56,949 nucleotides of DNA, from positions 1 to 56,949 of IMG/VR virus record IMGVR_UViG_3300037440_000905. One strand, 5' to 3'. This DNA comes from a virus. Taxonomy: Duplodnaviria > Caudoviricetes. The notes beneath the pieces are model-generated. The model ran no database searches. It had not been told where the DNA came from and was given only the letters and a program-made list of their open reading frames with translations. Shown here piece after piece: positions 28,246 to 38,440 of this stretch (position 1 is the first letter of the stretch; every line of letters begins with the position of its first letter). The position numbers and the translations under genes are program-made.

Positions 28246-28494
28246 TTATTCCACCGGGGGAACGGGTTCATCAGGGATCTTGTCGTCCGCGATCTGCTGT
28301 TGAGCGTTGCGTTCCGTGTTGCTGGTTTCGAGCGCGTTCAAGGCTGCCTCAAACTCCGCAGACAGTTCTCCTGCAGGAGGCCGGGTATCCAAAACCTTCT
28401 GGATTTCTTGTTGGATCTTTACCAGGGCGGTGGTTTGCGTCTGGTTGATTGAGGTGAGGGTGTTGATTTTGTCGATGGCTTCTTGTTCGGTCAT
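28246..28494 (-). CDS. Short coiled-coil protein
   Basis: MTEQEAIDKINTLTSINQTQTTALVKIQQEIQ... heptad pattern. Confidence 0.5.
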   Translation of the reverse strand: MTEQEAIDKINTLTSINQTQTTALVKIQQEIQKVLDTRPPAGELSAEFEAALNALETSNTERNAQQQIADDKIPDEPVPPVE

Positions 28495-28730
28495 AAGTAT
28501 GTCCTTTAATATCTGCATCAAGTCCTTGTGAGTAACCCTACGGAACCGGGACTGGATTCGGTTCCAGAGGGAATTCTTTTTGCCCATGCTCGATAGGTTT
28601 ACCTGGGGCTGGAAAAAATGGGAAGGTTCAATTTCCGTATCGCTCCAATCGTTGCATTGAAGGCACACGTTCACATTGTCCGGGTTGGGTTGCTGGATGG
28701 GCTCGCCGCACTGGCGACAAATGGTCGGTT

Positions 28731-28946
28731 TCACGTATTCACCCCTTTGAGCTTCGACTTGTATTTAGTTCCAATCACCCAATGCAAAGCCGCAAGTTTT
28801 GCCTCGGCGTCGATCTGCAGGAGCGCACGCGGAGCGTTTATGTCCACAGTTGCGACCGATCCTCTAAGGACGTGCGCGAAGTTGGTTTCGACCTGCTTGA
28901 TTTCTGCCTGAATTTCTTCTTTGGTTCTCATGTTTTGTAATTTCAC
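28731..28946 (-). CDS. Small hypothetical protein
   Basis: MRTKEEIQAEI...AALHWVIG motif common in phage small genes. Confidence 0.5.
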   Translation of the reverse strand: MKLQNMRTKEEIQAEIKQVETNFAHVLRGSVATVDINAPRALLQIDAEAKLAALHWVIGTKYKSKLKGVNT

Positions 28947-28951
28947 AATCG

Positions 28952-29065
28952 TTATGACAACGCCAATCCCGGCGTGACGTTGGTTCGTTCCTCAGCCATT
29001 TTGGCATACTCCGGGTTGAGTTCGATCAGCCACGCCCAGGGTTGTCGGATAGAAAGTGCGATCAT
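28952..29065 (-). pseudogene. Chimeric remnant: ASCH-domain N-terminus fused to a DNA methyltransferase C-terminus
   Basis: Translates as MIALSIRQPWAWLI-ELNPEYAKMAEERTNVTPGLALS*. Confidence 0.7.
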
Positions 29066-29066
29066 G

Positions 29067-31154
29067 TTATGCTCCTAATAGTTCGGTCATTTTGTTGATG
29101 AATTCGGTTCCCAACTGCCGCTTGTACTTCCGGCAGAGCCGGGCGCCCAGGGCGGCTTGCTTGGGACTCAGCCGTGCGCACGCGGCCAGGCTTTTGCCGA
29201 TGTGCGAATCCATTTTGTTGAACCCGGCGCCGTCAATGGCTTGGGCGCCATCGCAAAAAGCCGAAAGATGTCTCAATCCGCCCAGGATCCATGCGCAAGC
29301 TTGGAAGCTGATGGTTTTGGCTTCCTGAGCCAAACGTTCGAATGGATCTTTGGTGCCGGCGGTGGGTTTGGCCCCGGCGGGGGTGGAAATGTCCACGGTG
29401 GGTGGGGGTAATTCGGTGGAAGTGTCCAGGGGATCGAGTTCCTCATCCATGGCGCGGTGGATGATGTTCATTTTCGAGATGTTCACGCGCATGATGTGGG
29501 CGTCCAGGCTGCCTTCCAGGACCAGGTAGGAGACCAGGACGCTGTCATGCTGGCCGATCCTATGACATCGATCTTCCTTCTGCGCGAGCTTGCCAGGCAC
29601 CCAGTCCCCCTCGAGCATGACGACGTGGGAAGCCGCGGTGAGCGTGATGCCCTCGGCGGCGGCGTTGTTCCCTATGAACACGCTGCACTCTGGATCTTTC
29701 TGGAATCGGTCCACTTCGCCCATCCGGTCGCGGGTGTCGCCTGTGATGACGGCGGCCTGGGGGAATTTGGCGTGCAGGGCGGCCACCACGTCCTTGTGGT
29801 GCACAAAACAAACCACCTTTCCATTTTCCAACGCATCGGAGATGAATTCGATGGCCTGGGGGACCTTGGCCAGCCCGATCTCGTGGCGGATTCGTGACAT
29901 CTCTTGGAACACGGCTTCCTGGCTCTCCTTTAGGGTCGCCACTGCGTTTTCGTAATCCTCCCGGCTCTCGGCCGCCTTGGCCAGTTCCACGCGAGCCTTG
30001 AGCTTTTCAATCATTTCCAGGCGATGGGCGTATTGGGCTTCTTCCTTGAGCACGCGCCCGCACCCAGAGGAGTCCAGTTCGATCAGTTGGCGCCGTTTGG
30101 CCGGGAGTTCCTTGAGCACGTCGGCTTTCAACCTTCTCACCATAAGCGATCCCCTCAGTTTTCGTTGCAACTCCTCGACGTTGGAGGCGCCGGAGAAGTC
30201 CCATCCGAACCCGTTGTTCACGCCGGCGCAATAGCGGGTGCCGAAGGAGAAGAATTTCGGCCACGCCTTGGGTTCCAACCAGTTCAAGACCGTCCAGATT
30301 TCTTTGGGGCGGTTTTCAATGGGGGTTCCGGACAGGGCGACGCGGATCGGTGGTTTGATAGAGAGGGTGGCCTTGGTGCGTTGGGCTTTGGAGTTTTTGA
30401 CGTAGTGGCATTCGTCGATGATCATCATGTCGAACCCGGTGGCTTGGATTTTGTCCAGGTATTTGCCGACGATATCGTAGTTGATGGCGAGCACGTCGAC
30501 CAGGTCGCCCAGGTAGGGGCTGCCGGCGTTCTGGACGGCGATTTTGAGTGGCCGCGCGCACCACCGGGAGAATTCCCGGCGCCAGTTCACTTTCAGGGTG
30601 TTGGGGCAAATGATCAGGACCTTTTTGATGTCCTGGCGCAGGTTGATGACGCCGATGGCTTGAATTGTCTTTCCCAGCCCCTGTTCATCGGCGATCAGGA
30701 CCCCGCCGCGTTTCGAAATAGAATCCAGGGCGAACGCTACGCCAGCGCGTTGATACCCCAGGAAATCGAGATCCAGGCCGGCGGGCTTTGGGATCTGGAT
30801 GGCTGCATCATCGGCCCGGCTGGCTTCCATGGTTCGGTTTTGAGTTTCTATCACCTGTTTGGGTAGGTCTTGCCACCATTTGACCTGCCAGGCGCCGGTA
30901 TCGCGGTCGCGGCCGCAGGAGATACCCGCGGCTTTGAGGCTTTCCTTGTCCGCGCGCCAGGCGGCCCAAAAGTCTTCGGTGGGCTCGGCGATCAGGAGGA
31001 TTTTTTCGCCGTTGGCGGTGTTCACCGTTTTGGGTTTGCCCCAGGTGACTAGGGTTTCGAGGTTCAAGGTTTGCATGGACTGAAGTTGGTTGAGGTGCTG
31101 GATGCGGGCGCGCCCGGCGGAGTAGGCTTTGTTGAGGCTGTTGAAGTAGGCCAT
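29067..31154 (-). CDS. SNF2-family (HARP/SMARCAL1-like) helicase
   Basis: LIADEQGLGKTIQAI, IIDECHYVKN, LSGTPIENRP, MVRRLKADVLKELPAKRRQ, EGITLTAA, QKEDRCHRIGQ. Confidence 0.92.
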   Translation of the reverse strand: MAYFNSLNKAYSAGRARIQHLNQLQSMQTLNLETLVTWGKPKTVNTANGEKILLIAEPTEDFWAAWRADKESLKAAGISCGRDRDTGAWQVKWWQDLPKQVIETQNRTMEASRADDAAIQIPKPAGLDLDFLGYQRAGVAFALDSISKRGGVLIADEQGLGKTIQAIGVINLRQDIKKVLIICPNTLKVNWRREFSRWCARPLKIAVQNAGSPYLGDLVDVLAINYDIVGKYLDKIQATGFDMMIIDECHYVKNSKAQRTKATLSIKPPIRVALSGTPIENRPKEIWTVLNWLEPKAWPKFFSFGTRYCAGVNNGFGWDFSGASNVEELQRKLRGSLMVRRLKADVLKELPAKRRQLIELDSSGCGRVLKEEAQYAHRLEMIEKLKARVELAKAAESREDYENAVATLKESQEAVFQEMSRIRHEIGLAKVPQAIEFISDALENGKVVCFVHHKDVVAALHAKFPQAAVITGDTRDRMGEVDRFQKDPECSVFIGNNAAAEGITLTAASHVVMLEGDWVPGKLAQKEDRCHRIGQHDSVLVSYLVLEGSLDAHIMRVNISKMNIIHRAMDEELDPLDTSTELPPPTVDISTPAGAKPTAGTKDPFERLAQEAKTISFQACAWILGGLRHLSAFCDGAQAIDGAGFNKMDSHIGKSLAACARLSPKQAALGARLCRKYKRQLGTEFINKMTELLGA

Positions 31155-31157
31155 GGA

Positions 31158-31421
31158 TCACTGAGATTTTAGGCCTGTGTGAACGCTCAATTTCAATACA
31201 CATTTTTTGCAATACCACGCTCCAGATTTTTTAACCCATCCGGATTTTTTGAATTCCTGCATCGCATTTTTTTTAGATCCGTCTACCTGATAAGATCTGC
31301 CGCATAAGCACTCCACTCTCCATTGTTGCGTTAATCGTGTTTTCCCAAGCGCGTTGCAATCGCACCATCCAGCTTTTTTTTCAATGTTCCCGCAGCATCC
31401 GCAAAAAAATTCTTGAATCAT
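31158..31421 (-). CDS. Cys-rich zinc-binding protein
   Basis: CGCC, CDC, CLC and CKKC motifs. Confidence 0.5.
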   Translation of the reverse strand: MIQEFFCGCCGNIEKKAGWCDCNALGKTRLTQQWRVECLCGRSYQVDGSKKNAMQEFKKSGWVKKSGAWYCKKCVLKLSVHTGLKSQ

Positions 31422-31881
31422 GCGACCTCCATTTTTTTATCCCATTGGACGGCGCTCCTATACTCAGCTCTCCAATGTTGGTTTTTTGTCTTACGCCACT
31501 CGCGTAAAGCCTTAGCGGCTCTGCGTCGGGCGGCCTGTCTTTTGATCGTGTTCTTTTTCATGGGTGTTTTAGCGGTCCCGCAGTGCCGCCAGTCCGCACG
31601 CGGCGATGAGAAGGCCTGAGGCCAGCAACGAGAGCCAGCCCCAGGCGTAGAGCAGGGAGGGGATCATGCTGAGAGCGATTGAGTGTTCCATAATTCCATG
31701 GTCCCGTCGCGGTGCAGGAAGATGCTTTGCCTAGGTCCGCACCAGTATGGTTGTGCGAATTCCATCCGCGCGAGGCCTTTTGCTTCTTCTCGTTCTACTT
31801 CTAACGCCAGAAATTCCATGCTTGGCGTTTGGTTGCCGTACTTGAGCCCGATCAGATGTCCGAACAAGGGCGTATCTGTCT

Positions 31882-32223
31882 TCATGCCGATAGGGATTGA
31901 ATGTCTTTGTTTTTGAGTTCCCGCATGGTGGTTTGCACGGCTTTTTCTGCGATCTCCATGCATTCGAGGTTGAGCATTGCGTCATGGGCGGATGTATTTT
32001 CCGGCATCGCCGCAATAATCAGTTTGAGGTTGTCGGCGATATTGTTTTTCGCTTCACATGTCAACCGTTGCAAGTGCAGCAGCAGAGCGAGTTGCTGGTC
32101 CGGCGTCCGCAGTGGTTTGAATTCCTCGGATTGTAGGAGAATTGCGGTATAACCGAGGATCCGATAGGCAATTTCCTGGGGGATTGTACGTTTTTTGGGG
32201 ATTGGACGTTCTTGGTCAGACAT
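31882..32223 (-). CDS. Hypothetical protein
   Basis: 113-aa ORF in the leftward small-gene array. Confidence 0.45.
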   Translation of the reverse strand: MSDQERPIPKKRTIPQEIAYRILGYTAILLQSEEFKPLRTPDQQLALLLHLQRLTCEAKNNIADNLKLIIAAMPENTSAHDAMLNLECMEIAEKAVQTTMRELKNKDIQSLSA

Positions 32224-32883
32224 AGATTTTGGGGGTTAATGGTTATGGAATATCGGCGCCGATCATGTGGTTTTGGGTTTTCCAGCCCAGGCATCTGGCG
32301 TCCGTTTCTCATGCGCGGCCAGCACATGTTCGGCTGTTTTGACGTGATCCATTCCGTAGGGGTTGCCCCCGTGGTATCCCGGCCGACGTGCCCACGCCAA
32401 AATTTCTTTGGCTCTGTCAATCGTGGGTTGTTGGTGTTTCATGGTGTTATAATTTCGGTGATTTGAGGCTCTCCTAGCATGGTTGCTTGACCCAATTTCC
32501 TCTCGATGATGGGAAGCAAGTGCGTGTCCGATTCCAAAATTGTGGCATGCCAATAGCCTGGCAGTTGATTGGGCGAGTATTTTCGACGGCCATCTGTCCA
32601 AACGGGCAGGCCGTTCGCGGTTTTTATAGGGTATCTGTTGGATACCATGGTGTTTTGGTTGTTCAGAAATTGACGATTTTTGCGCTCGGGCAACGGCTCG
32701 CCACCCTGGCGGCCGCGCGGTGAGTGTCAAACCCAAGTGCGTGGGACGATTTGGCTGTCCATTCCGGGCCGCCCGTGGCGCTGCCATCCCGTTCGAATGT
32801 CCCGTCATGGCGCCGCAACCATCCAGGCCGCGCGCAAACGAGCATGACCTGGCCGTTGCTCCATTGCTCTTGGATGTAGTAAT

Positions 32884-33072
32884 TCACGTGGTGACTCGTT
32901 TAGGTTGAGCGGTCCTAACTCCGTTGCACCAGGTATCCTTGTACCGTGTTCCAGGCGGGGCATATAGGTTGATGTATGTCCACCGCGCGGCGCGGGCACT
33001 CACGGCCGCAACCGTCCTGACCATATACGGTTGAATAGTTCCGATCCCGACGGAGTAAGTTTTGGTTTTCAT
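32884..33072 (-). CDS. Small hypothetical protein (MKTKT start)
   Basis: Shares a 24-bp start region with 33114-33284. Confidence 0.5.
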   Translation of the reverse strand: MKTKTYSVGIGTIQPYMVRTVAAVSARAARWTYINLYAPPGTRYKDTWCNGVRTAQPKRVTT

Positions 33073-33113
33073 GGTATTTGATCGTTTTGCTCCCTGGAGG
33101 GAGATGGCGGTAT

Positions 33114-33284
33114 TCAGACATCCGAATATGCCGGGAGTCCGCGTTTTCGTAGGGCCGCCACAACCTCCTGAGGACTGACATAGCTTCGCGTCACAACCGC
33201 ACCGACAGCCTTGCCAAGGGCCTCTCTGTTGCGTTTATCGTTCAGCCGATACGTTTGTTTTTTGGCGTGAGTTTTGGTTTTCAT
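33114..33284 (-). CDS. Small hypothetical protein (MKTKT start)
   Basis: Shares a 24-bp start region with 32884-33072. Confidence 0.5.
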   Translation of the reverse strand: MKTKTHAKKQTYRLNDKRNREALGKAVGAVVTRSYVSPQEVVAALRKRGLPAYSDV

Positions 33285-33309
33285 GGTATTTGACTGGTAT
33301 TTGATCATG

Positions 33310-33543
33310 TCACTCGGAGACGCTGACACCGTAGTTGCCGGCCTCGATTGCCACCCACTCACAGGTCTCCGACGAGCCGACGTATTCAAGCTGGACGTCG
33401 ATGCGTTTGTGTGTGTCGACTGCGAACGTGCCGTCCCACGCGACGACGCGGTAGACGGAGTCAGTAGAGGCGTCATAACAGAGCTCTCCGATGTTTGGGA
33501 GGCCGTTGCCGTTTTCGGTGACGCGGGCGGTGATTTTGCTCAT
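33310..33543 (-). CDS. Small hypothetical protein
   Basis: MSKITARVTENGNGLPNIGE... Confidence 0.5.
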   Translation of the reverse strand: MSKITARVTENGNGLPNIGELCYDASTDSVYRVVAWDGTFAVDTHKRIDVQLEYVGSSETCEWVAIEAGNYGVSVSE

Positions 33544-33562
33544 GGTAGGGAGGGTTTGATGG

Positions 33563-33841
33563 TTACCAACAGCGGATGATGGTTTTGATGTCATTTTTAT
33601 AGATTCGGTCGCAAATGGCCTCGTAATGAAGAGCTCTGTCTATATTCCCCGCCGTGCGCAGGTTGATGGCGGTGAAGCTGTTCCAGGCGTAGCATGACAG
33701 GGCGGTGGCTGCGCGCGCGGCGCCACGACCCCGGAACCCAAGTCGATTGGCCAAAGCCCGGCCGGTCATTGTTCCATGGGAGGCCACAAAAGCCTTGCAC
33801 TCTTCTGGGTCACCCAAATTGATTTCTAAGGTGAATTTCAT
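33563..33841 (-). CDS. Hypothetical protein
   Basis: LSCYAWN...LRTAGNIDRALHYEAICDRIY motif; first gene of the leftward array. Confidence 0.5.
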   Translation of the reverse strand: MKFTLEINLGDPEECKAFVASHGTMTGRALANRLGFRGRGAARAATALSCYAWNSFTAINLRTAGNIDRALHYEAICDRIYKNDIKTIIRCW

Positions 33842-34300
33842 AGGTTGATGGGTTGACGGGTATTTGACAATCACTCTCCGGAGACGCACGTAGTCGAGCC
33901 GTTGGGTGGGGGTGAGTCGGGTGAGTGTAGTGAGTGTCGAGAATTTCATCGTCCGTACCTTTATCACACCCCCACTCCATGCGCAACGATTATTTCGCAT
34001 TCATTCACACTCATCCTCGCATCCTCCCCATCCTCAACCAATTACAACCTGAAATATTTTTGCATCCTCTACCATTTGCAACCCATTCCCCCACCCTCCA
34101 AAGCAAAGAGCAGCATCAAGCACAGCACAGAGACCAAGAGACAGATCAGAGACAGGGAAGCAGAGCGGGGGAGGATGGGGAACGGGATGGATTGGGAGCA
34201 CGGTCAGTGCGGGTCGGCCCGGGGAATTGGGAGCGGTGTGGGGTGGGGGTGTGGAATGTGGTGGAAATCCGGAAATCCATGCGATATGCTCGCAATCAGT

Positions 34301-34648
34301 ATGCCAGCACACCCCAACTGCCCACCACCGCCAAACCCAACCGGCACAACAAAACTCCGAGTGGGCCGCACAAACGCCCTGCATCAGGTAGTTGAGATGC
34401 AAAGGGTTGCCTTCGAGACCGTCATGGAGCTCGCACGGGACGTGGGGACGCTTGAGGGGACGAAACGGGCCGTGATTGCGAGCGCGATGAGCCGCCTGGC
34501 GACCACCTGGTGCAGCCTCCAAGACACCAAGCGTGAGATCCGTGGTATCCCTCGCCTCGCACCGATCCAGAAGGTGCCGACGCAGACCAGGGAGCGCCGG
34601 CTGATGCAGGGCTACGCCGGCGGGAACGGCGAAGCCGTGGTGCTGTGA
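34301..34648 (+). CDS. Hypothetical protein, weak terminase small subunit candidate
   Basis: Isolated helical ORF inside the skewed non-coding region; no clear motif. Confidence 0.3.
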   Translation: MPAHPNCPPPPNPTGTTKLRVGRTNALHQVVEMQRVAFETVMELARDVGTLEGTKRAVIASAMSRLATTWCSLQDTKREIRGIPRLAPIQKVPTQTRERRLMQGYAGGNGEAVVL

Positions 34649-35595
34649 CTCCCGCCAGTTGCCCCGCGTCCCCCGGCGGGATGGGACGAGACCGGGTTGG
34701 TGCGGCTCTCATCCCGCTGCAGAACCGTTGCCGCGCGGCTCGCGGGGCGCTGCGCAACCGGTCAGAGCGGCGCTGTGCGGGTGACGGTGGCGGCACAGAC
34801 GGACACGAACGGCGGGGCGGGGCGGTAAGGAATCTCTTTTTGGGCCGGACCGTCCCCACCACCCCACCCCCGGGACCCCGCATGCGCGCGCCCGTCACAT
34901 AATAAGACCCCCGCTCGAGTGCGACCCGAAATCCGGACTTTTGGGTCACCGGCTCCCGTTGGACATGGAAACTGGTATTTGCCCCCTACTCCGAGTTGTT
35001 CGAGGAATAAATCCAAGTTCGCCGCTCAAATACGAACGCGATCCGTCCCCATGTCCATTGGACTTGATTTCCAGAGTAGAAAACGCTCTTGCGTATTTTC
35101 AGCCATGACCAGCAAAGCCCTTGTGAGTGCCAGTCGATTTTTTCTAGTTTCCATTTCATATCGGTGCCTTTCGGTAGTGCCTGCCGACCGTGCCACTTGC
35201 CCCGTCCTGATGCTGAGTCCCCGTTCGCTTCATGAACTGGACTAGCCCCCTGCACCGTTCCATCTCTTTATGTTCATGACGGCTTATCGCTGACCTCCAT
35301 CGTAAGCAGACACGATTTTTTGGCGTAGCCGACGGTATCTTTCTGCGGCACGCTTAGACTTATTCCAGTTCTTTGCGTCAGCGCCGCGCCACGCTTTGGC
35401 AAGCGATTCCTCGTATTGAGCAGCGCACCAGAGAGCCTTGAGTATTGTCGTTCGGTGTCTGCTAACAACCGAGTGGAGCGCAACCGGCGCGGGCCTCGGT
35501 GGTTTGATGGTCTTTGTAATATTCATCGTTTTCCTTTTTCTCGCGCCGGTCGCTCACCCGGAGCGTTATGATCCGCCCCTTGTCCTGCACTGGAT

Positions 35596-36270
35596 TCAGA
35601 GTCCCCGGGCTGGGGTAGTTTTGAGCTGGAAGGTTTGTTTGATGTCCGTGAGGTCTCGGGCATCTTTCCAGGCGAGTTTGAGGCGTGAGATTTGGGTTGA
35701 GGTGTGTTGGAAGTCAATTTGGCGGTTCACGAACCTTGGGTCTCCGTCATTTAGGTAGTTTGGATCCTCGTGAATCTCTCGGAGTGCGGAGTAATTTTCG
35801 TCGAGTTTTTTGAGGAGGTCTTGGAATGATTGTTCGAATGTCATTGGATTAGAGGGTGAAGGGTGGCGGTTGGTTTCATTGATGGGCGACGCAAGCTCAC
35901 AGAGTTTTCGTAGTTCAGGGATGGCGTCGATGTTCTGTTTGCTGAATTGGTCGATATCCGAGGATGGGTCTGGGCGGTCAGAATCTTCGAGAACGGCTAT
36001 TGCATCGCATGGGGTCAGGCCGCCTTTTTCGGCTAGAGTTTTGAGGGATAAATTGGAGTGATTTTTGCGAGCTTGCGCTTCATGAGGTTCGATTAAAGAC
36101 CACGGGATTGAGGTTATTTGGAAAGGCAACTCTTCCATTGGTCGCATGAGCAGAATCGGGAAGCGCTGCCCAGGGACGTAATCGGGAGGATTTTCGGATG
36201 TCATGGGGATTGGATGGTTAATTTCTACGATTCGGATCGTTTTCGCGGTCGATTTGGAAAGAATGGCCAT
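35596..36270 (-). CDS. Hypothetical phage protein, possibly two domains
   Basis: IPWSLIEPHEAQARKNH...LAEKGGL motif followed by a second helical region. Confidence 0.5.
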   Translation of the reverse strand: MAILSKSTAKTIRIVEINHPIPMTSENPPDYVPGQRFPILLMRPMEELPFQITSIPWSLIEPHEAQARKNHSNLSLKTLAEKGGLTPCDAIAVLEDSDRPDPSSDIDQFSKQNIDAIPELRKLCELASPINETNRHPSPSNPMTFEQSFQDLLKKLDENYSALREIHEDPNYLNDGDPRFVNRQIDFQHTSTQISRLKLAWKDARDLTDIKQTFQLKTTPARGL

Positions 36271-36509
36271 GCATTGTGAAAAATTCTATGAATTGCTTTT
36301 CTTCGAGTCCGCATTTCTGGCATTTACGGGCCTGCCCCCACTCTATGAGAGGAGATGAATTTTTGATCCATGGTCCCCATCGGTGCTTTTTTGAGAAGCC
36401 GATGCAGGGGTTTTTGCGGTGGTAGAACTTGTTTAAGAATAAGGTCATGGATGCCGTGACCATGATGATGGTGAGTTGGATGAGGATGGGTTCGAGGTGA
36501 TTCATGGTT

Positions 36510-36803
36510 TTAGCGCCAGGTTTTTGGATTGAGTTTGGTTTTGGCGAGCACGAAGCGGTATGGGAGGCAGAAGAGTCCGGGTCGATCAGGCAGTGCTTTG
36601 GCTTGATCGTAGTGGGAGAGGACGATGTCGCCTGGGGAGACGCTGCCCTTGGCTACTCTGGGGCCGACGGAGATGACGATGCCCCATCGGGTAGTTGAGT
36701 AAAGGAAACGCGAAAGGAGTTTTTTTGGCATCATGAACCCGCGGCATTGGGTTGGGATGTAGTCTTGGAGAATGAGGGTGTCACCGAGTGCTCGCAGTTT
36801 CAT
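36510..36803 (-). CDS. GroES/Cpn10-like co-chaperonin
   Basis: MKLRALGDTLIL...GIVISVGP...VSPGDIVL...VLA; 97 aa. Confidence 0.75.
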   Translation of the reverse strand: MKLRALGDTLILQDYIPTQCRGFMMPKKLLSRFLYSTTRWGIVISVGPRVAKGSVSPGDIVLSHYDQAKALPDRPGLFCLPYRFVLAKTKLNPKTWR

Positions 36804-37172
36804 AAGTCTTTTAAGAGATTTTTAAGGAATAGACGCATGTAATACCATGGTTGCCTATACGGGGACAAAGCTTCGTGAAGATTGCTCAACAACGACGACA
36901 AAGCTTTTGCGCCCTCTTCGTCAGCGGTGATTCTGATGGGCCAATCGTCATTATCTCCGCAGTTATCACCAAGGAATTTTTCCAACAAATCGGCGGCTTT
37001 GGCGATTTCCAACAGATCTTTCACCTTTTCAATCGGAATGCCTGGTGTTGCAATCTGCTGTGAGGAACTAATCGAGTCTTTATGGATTTGTGATTCAGGC
37101 TTCATGCGTCTCTTGATATTGCTTCCATAAATGAAGTTGCATTGCAATGGTTTCTTTGCGCAGAATCCGGGC

Positions 37173-37847
37173 ATGGCAAGACTTAAAAGCCGGGAGCACC
37201 AAATCCCGGGAGGATTCAAGTTCCGGCAGGAGGAACTGAAATGGGACTCGCTCGTTACAGTGGGGCTGCACCCGTCGTTTCGGCGGCTGGTGGACGCGGT
37301 GATGGCAATGAGGCGCGCGAACCAGTGGATGGGCCAGCAGAAAGGCTGGAGAACGAGCCGGTTCGACGTGGAAACGGAGGTTGAGCAGTACAACGTGAAG
37401 ATCTGCCAGGATCATAATTGGAACCAGTATTTGATCGATGGGGATCCGGTCCCAAAAACGCAAGCCCACCCGCACGGGCTCGCGCGTGTTGCGGTGGGCG
37501 TTGAAACTTCGGCGGACTGGCTCGGGGCAGGAGGCAAACCGGTGGAGAAGGAGAAGGCGATAGGGCGAGGAGCGGTGTGTGTGGTGTGTCCCAAGAATGC
37601 GAAGGGAGATTGGACCAGGTTTTTCACGGTGCCGGTGTCCGGGATGATCCGAAGATACATTGAGGCAAAAAACGCGATGAAATTAGCGACACCACACGAT
37701 GAGCAACTTGGGATCTGCGAGGCGTGCGCGTGTCCGATGAAGGTGAAGGTGTGGACGCCCCTCTCTCACATCACCGAACACCTGAGCGCCGAGACCAAGG
37801 CGGACCTTCACCCGGACTGCTGGATTTTGAAGGAGATGAACCAATGA
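37173..37847 (+). CDS. Cys-rich hypothetical protein
   Basis: R..VCVVCP...CEACACPMKVKVW...PDCW. Confidence 0.6.
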   Translation: MARLKSREHQIPGGFKFRQEELKWDSLVTVGLHPSFRRLVDAVMAMRRANQWMGQQKGWRTSRFDVETEVEQYNVKICQDHNWNQYLIDGDPVPKTQAHPHGLARVAVGVETSADWLGAGGKPVEKEKAIGRGAVCVVCPKNAKGDWTRFFTVPVSGMIRRYIEAKNAMKLATPHDEQLGICEACACPMKVKVWTPLSHITEHLSAETKADLHPDCWILKEMNQ

Positions 37848-38083
37848 CCGAAGAAGAACTGGCGGCCAAGGAAACCGTGGTTGACCAATGCCTGACACAG
37901 CTGGGAGAACACTTTGAGGCGGTGCAAATATTTGTGTCAGTGATGTCCGATGACGGGCAATGGACACACTCAATCAGCAAGGGAGCAGGCAACCTTTATG
38001 CGCGCGCTGGTCAGGCGCAACGCTGGCTGCACTGGCAGGAGGAAGAAACTCGCGGTGAATGCAGGAAGAATCAAGAATCATGA
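37844..38083 (+). CDS. Hypothetical protein
   Basis: LGEHFEAVQIFV...GAGNLYARAGQAQRW; ATGA coupling. Confidence 0.55.
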   Translation: MTEEELAAKETVVDQCLTQLGEHFEAVQIFVSVMSDDGQWTHSISKGAGNLYARAGQAQRWLHWQEEETRGECRKNQES

Positions 38084-38433
38084 GCCAAGAAGAAATCCCA
38101 AAAGAGATGATAGATGCGGCATCGCTTCTGAACTACTACTTCTCCGAGCAAGGATTTAAGAAGTGGGCGGCCTTGAACGCGTCGGATTGGCCTATGATCA
38201 AAGAAAAACTGGAACAAACCGACGCCCAAATCGTTCAAGCCATAGTCACGTTGGAAAAGAGCGTTGAGAAGCTTGCGCAATTGGAAGCCAGGGAAGGTTT
38301 GGTTTCGTCGGTCCTGCAGGAGGAGTATGACTCTCACATGAAGAATTACTGGGCAGGTTGCCGCGGGTGTATCAACAGCGCCAATGCGGTGGCGATGGTG
38401 GCCAGGAGACTGGGCGTGGAAATCCGGCGCTAA
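38080..38433 (+). CDS. Hypothetical protein
   Basis: Coupled ORF; shares a ~30-aa module with the next gene. Confidence 0.5.
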   Translation: MSQEEIPKEMIDAASLLNYYFSEQGFKKWAALNASDWPMIKEKLEQTDAQIVQAIVTLEKSVEKLAQLEAREGLVSSVLQEEYDSHMKNYWAGCRGCINSANAVAMVARRLGVEIRR

Positions 38434-38440
38434 AGGAAAA

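Noticed and set aside
33902-34300. N-terminal extension of the 248-aa ORF and overlapping ORFs
   Set aside because: Low-complexity skewed DNA gives implausible protein sequence; the ATG at 34301 is more credible.
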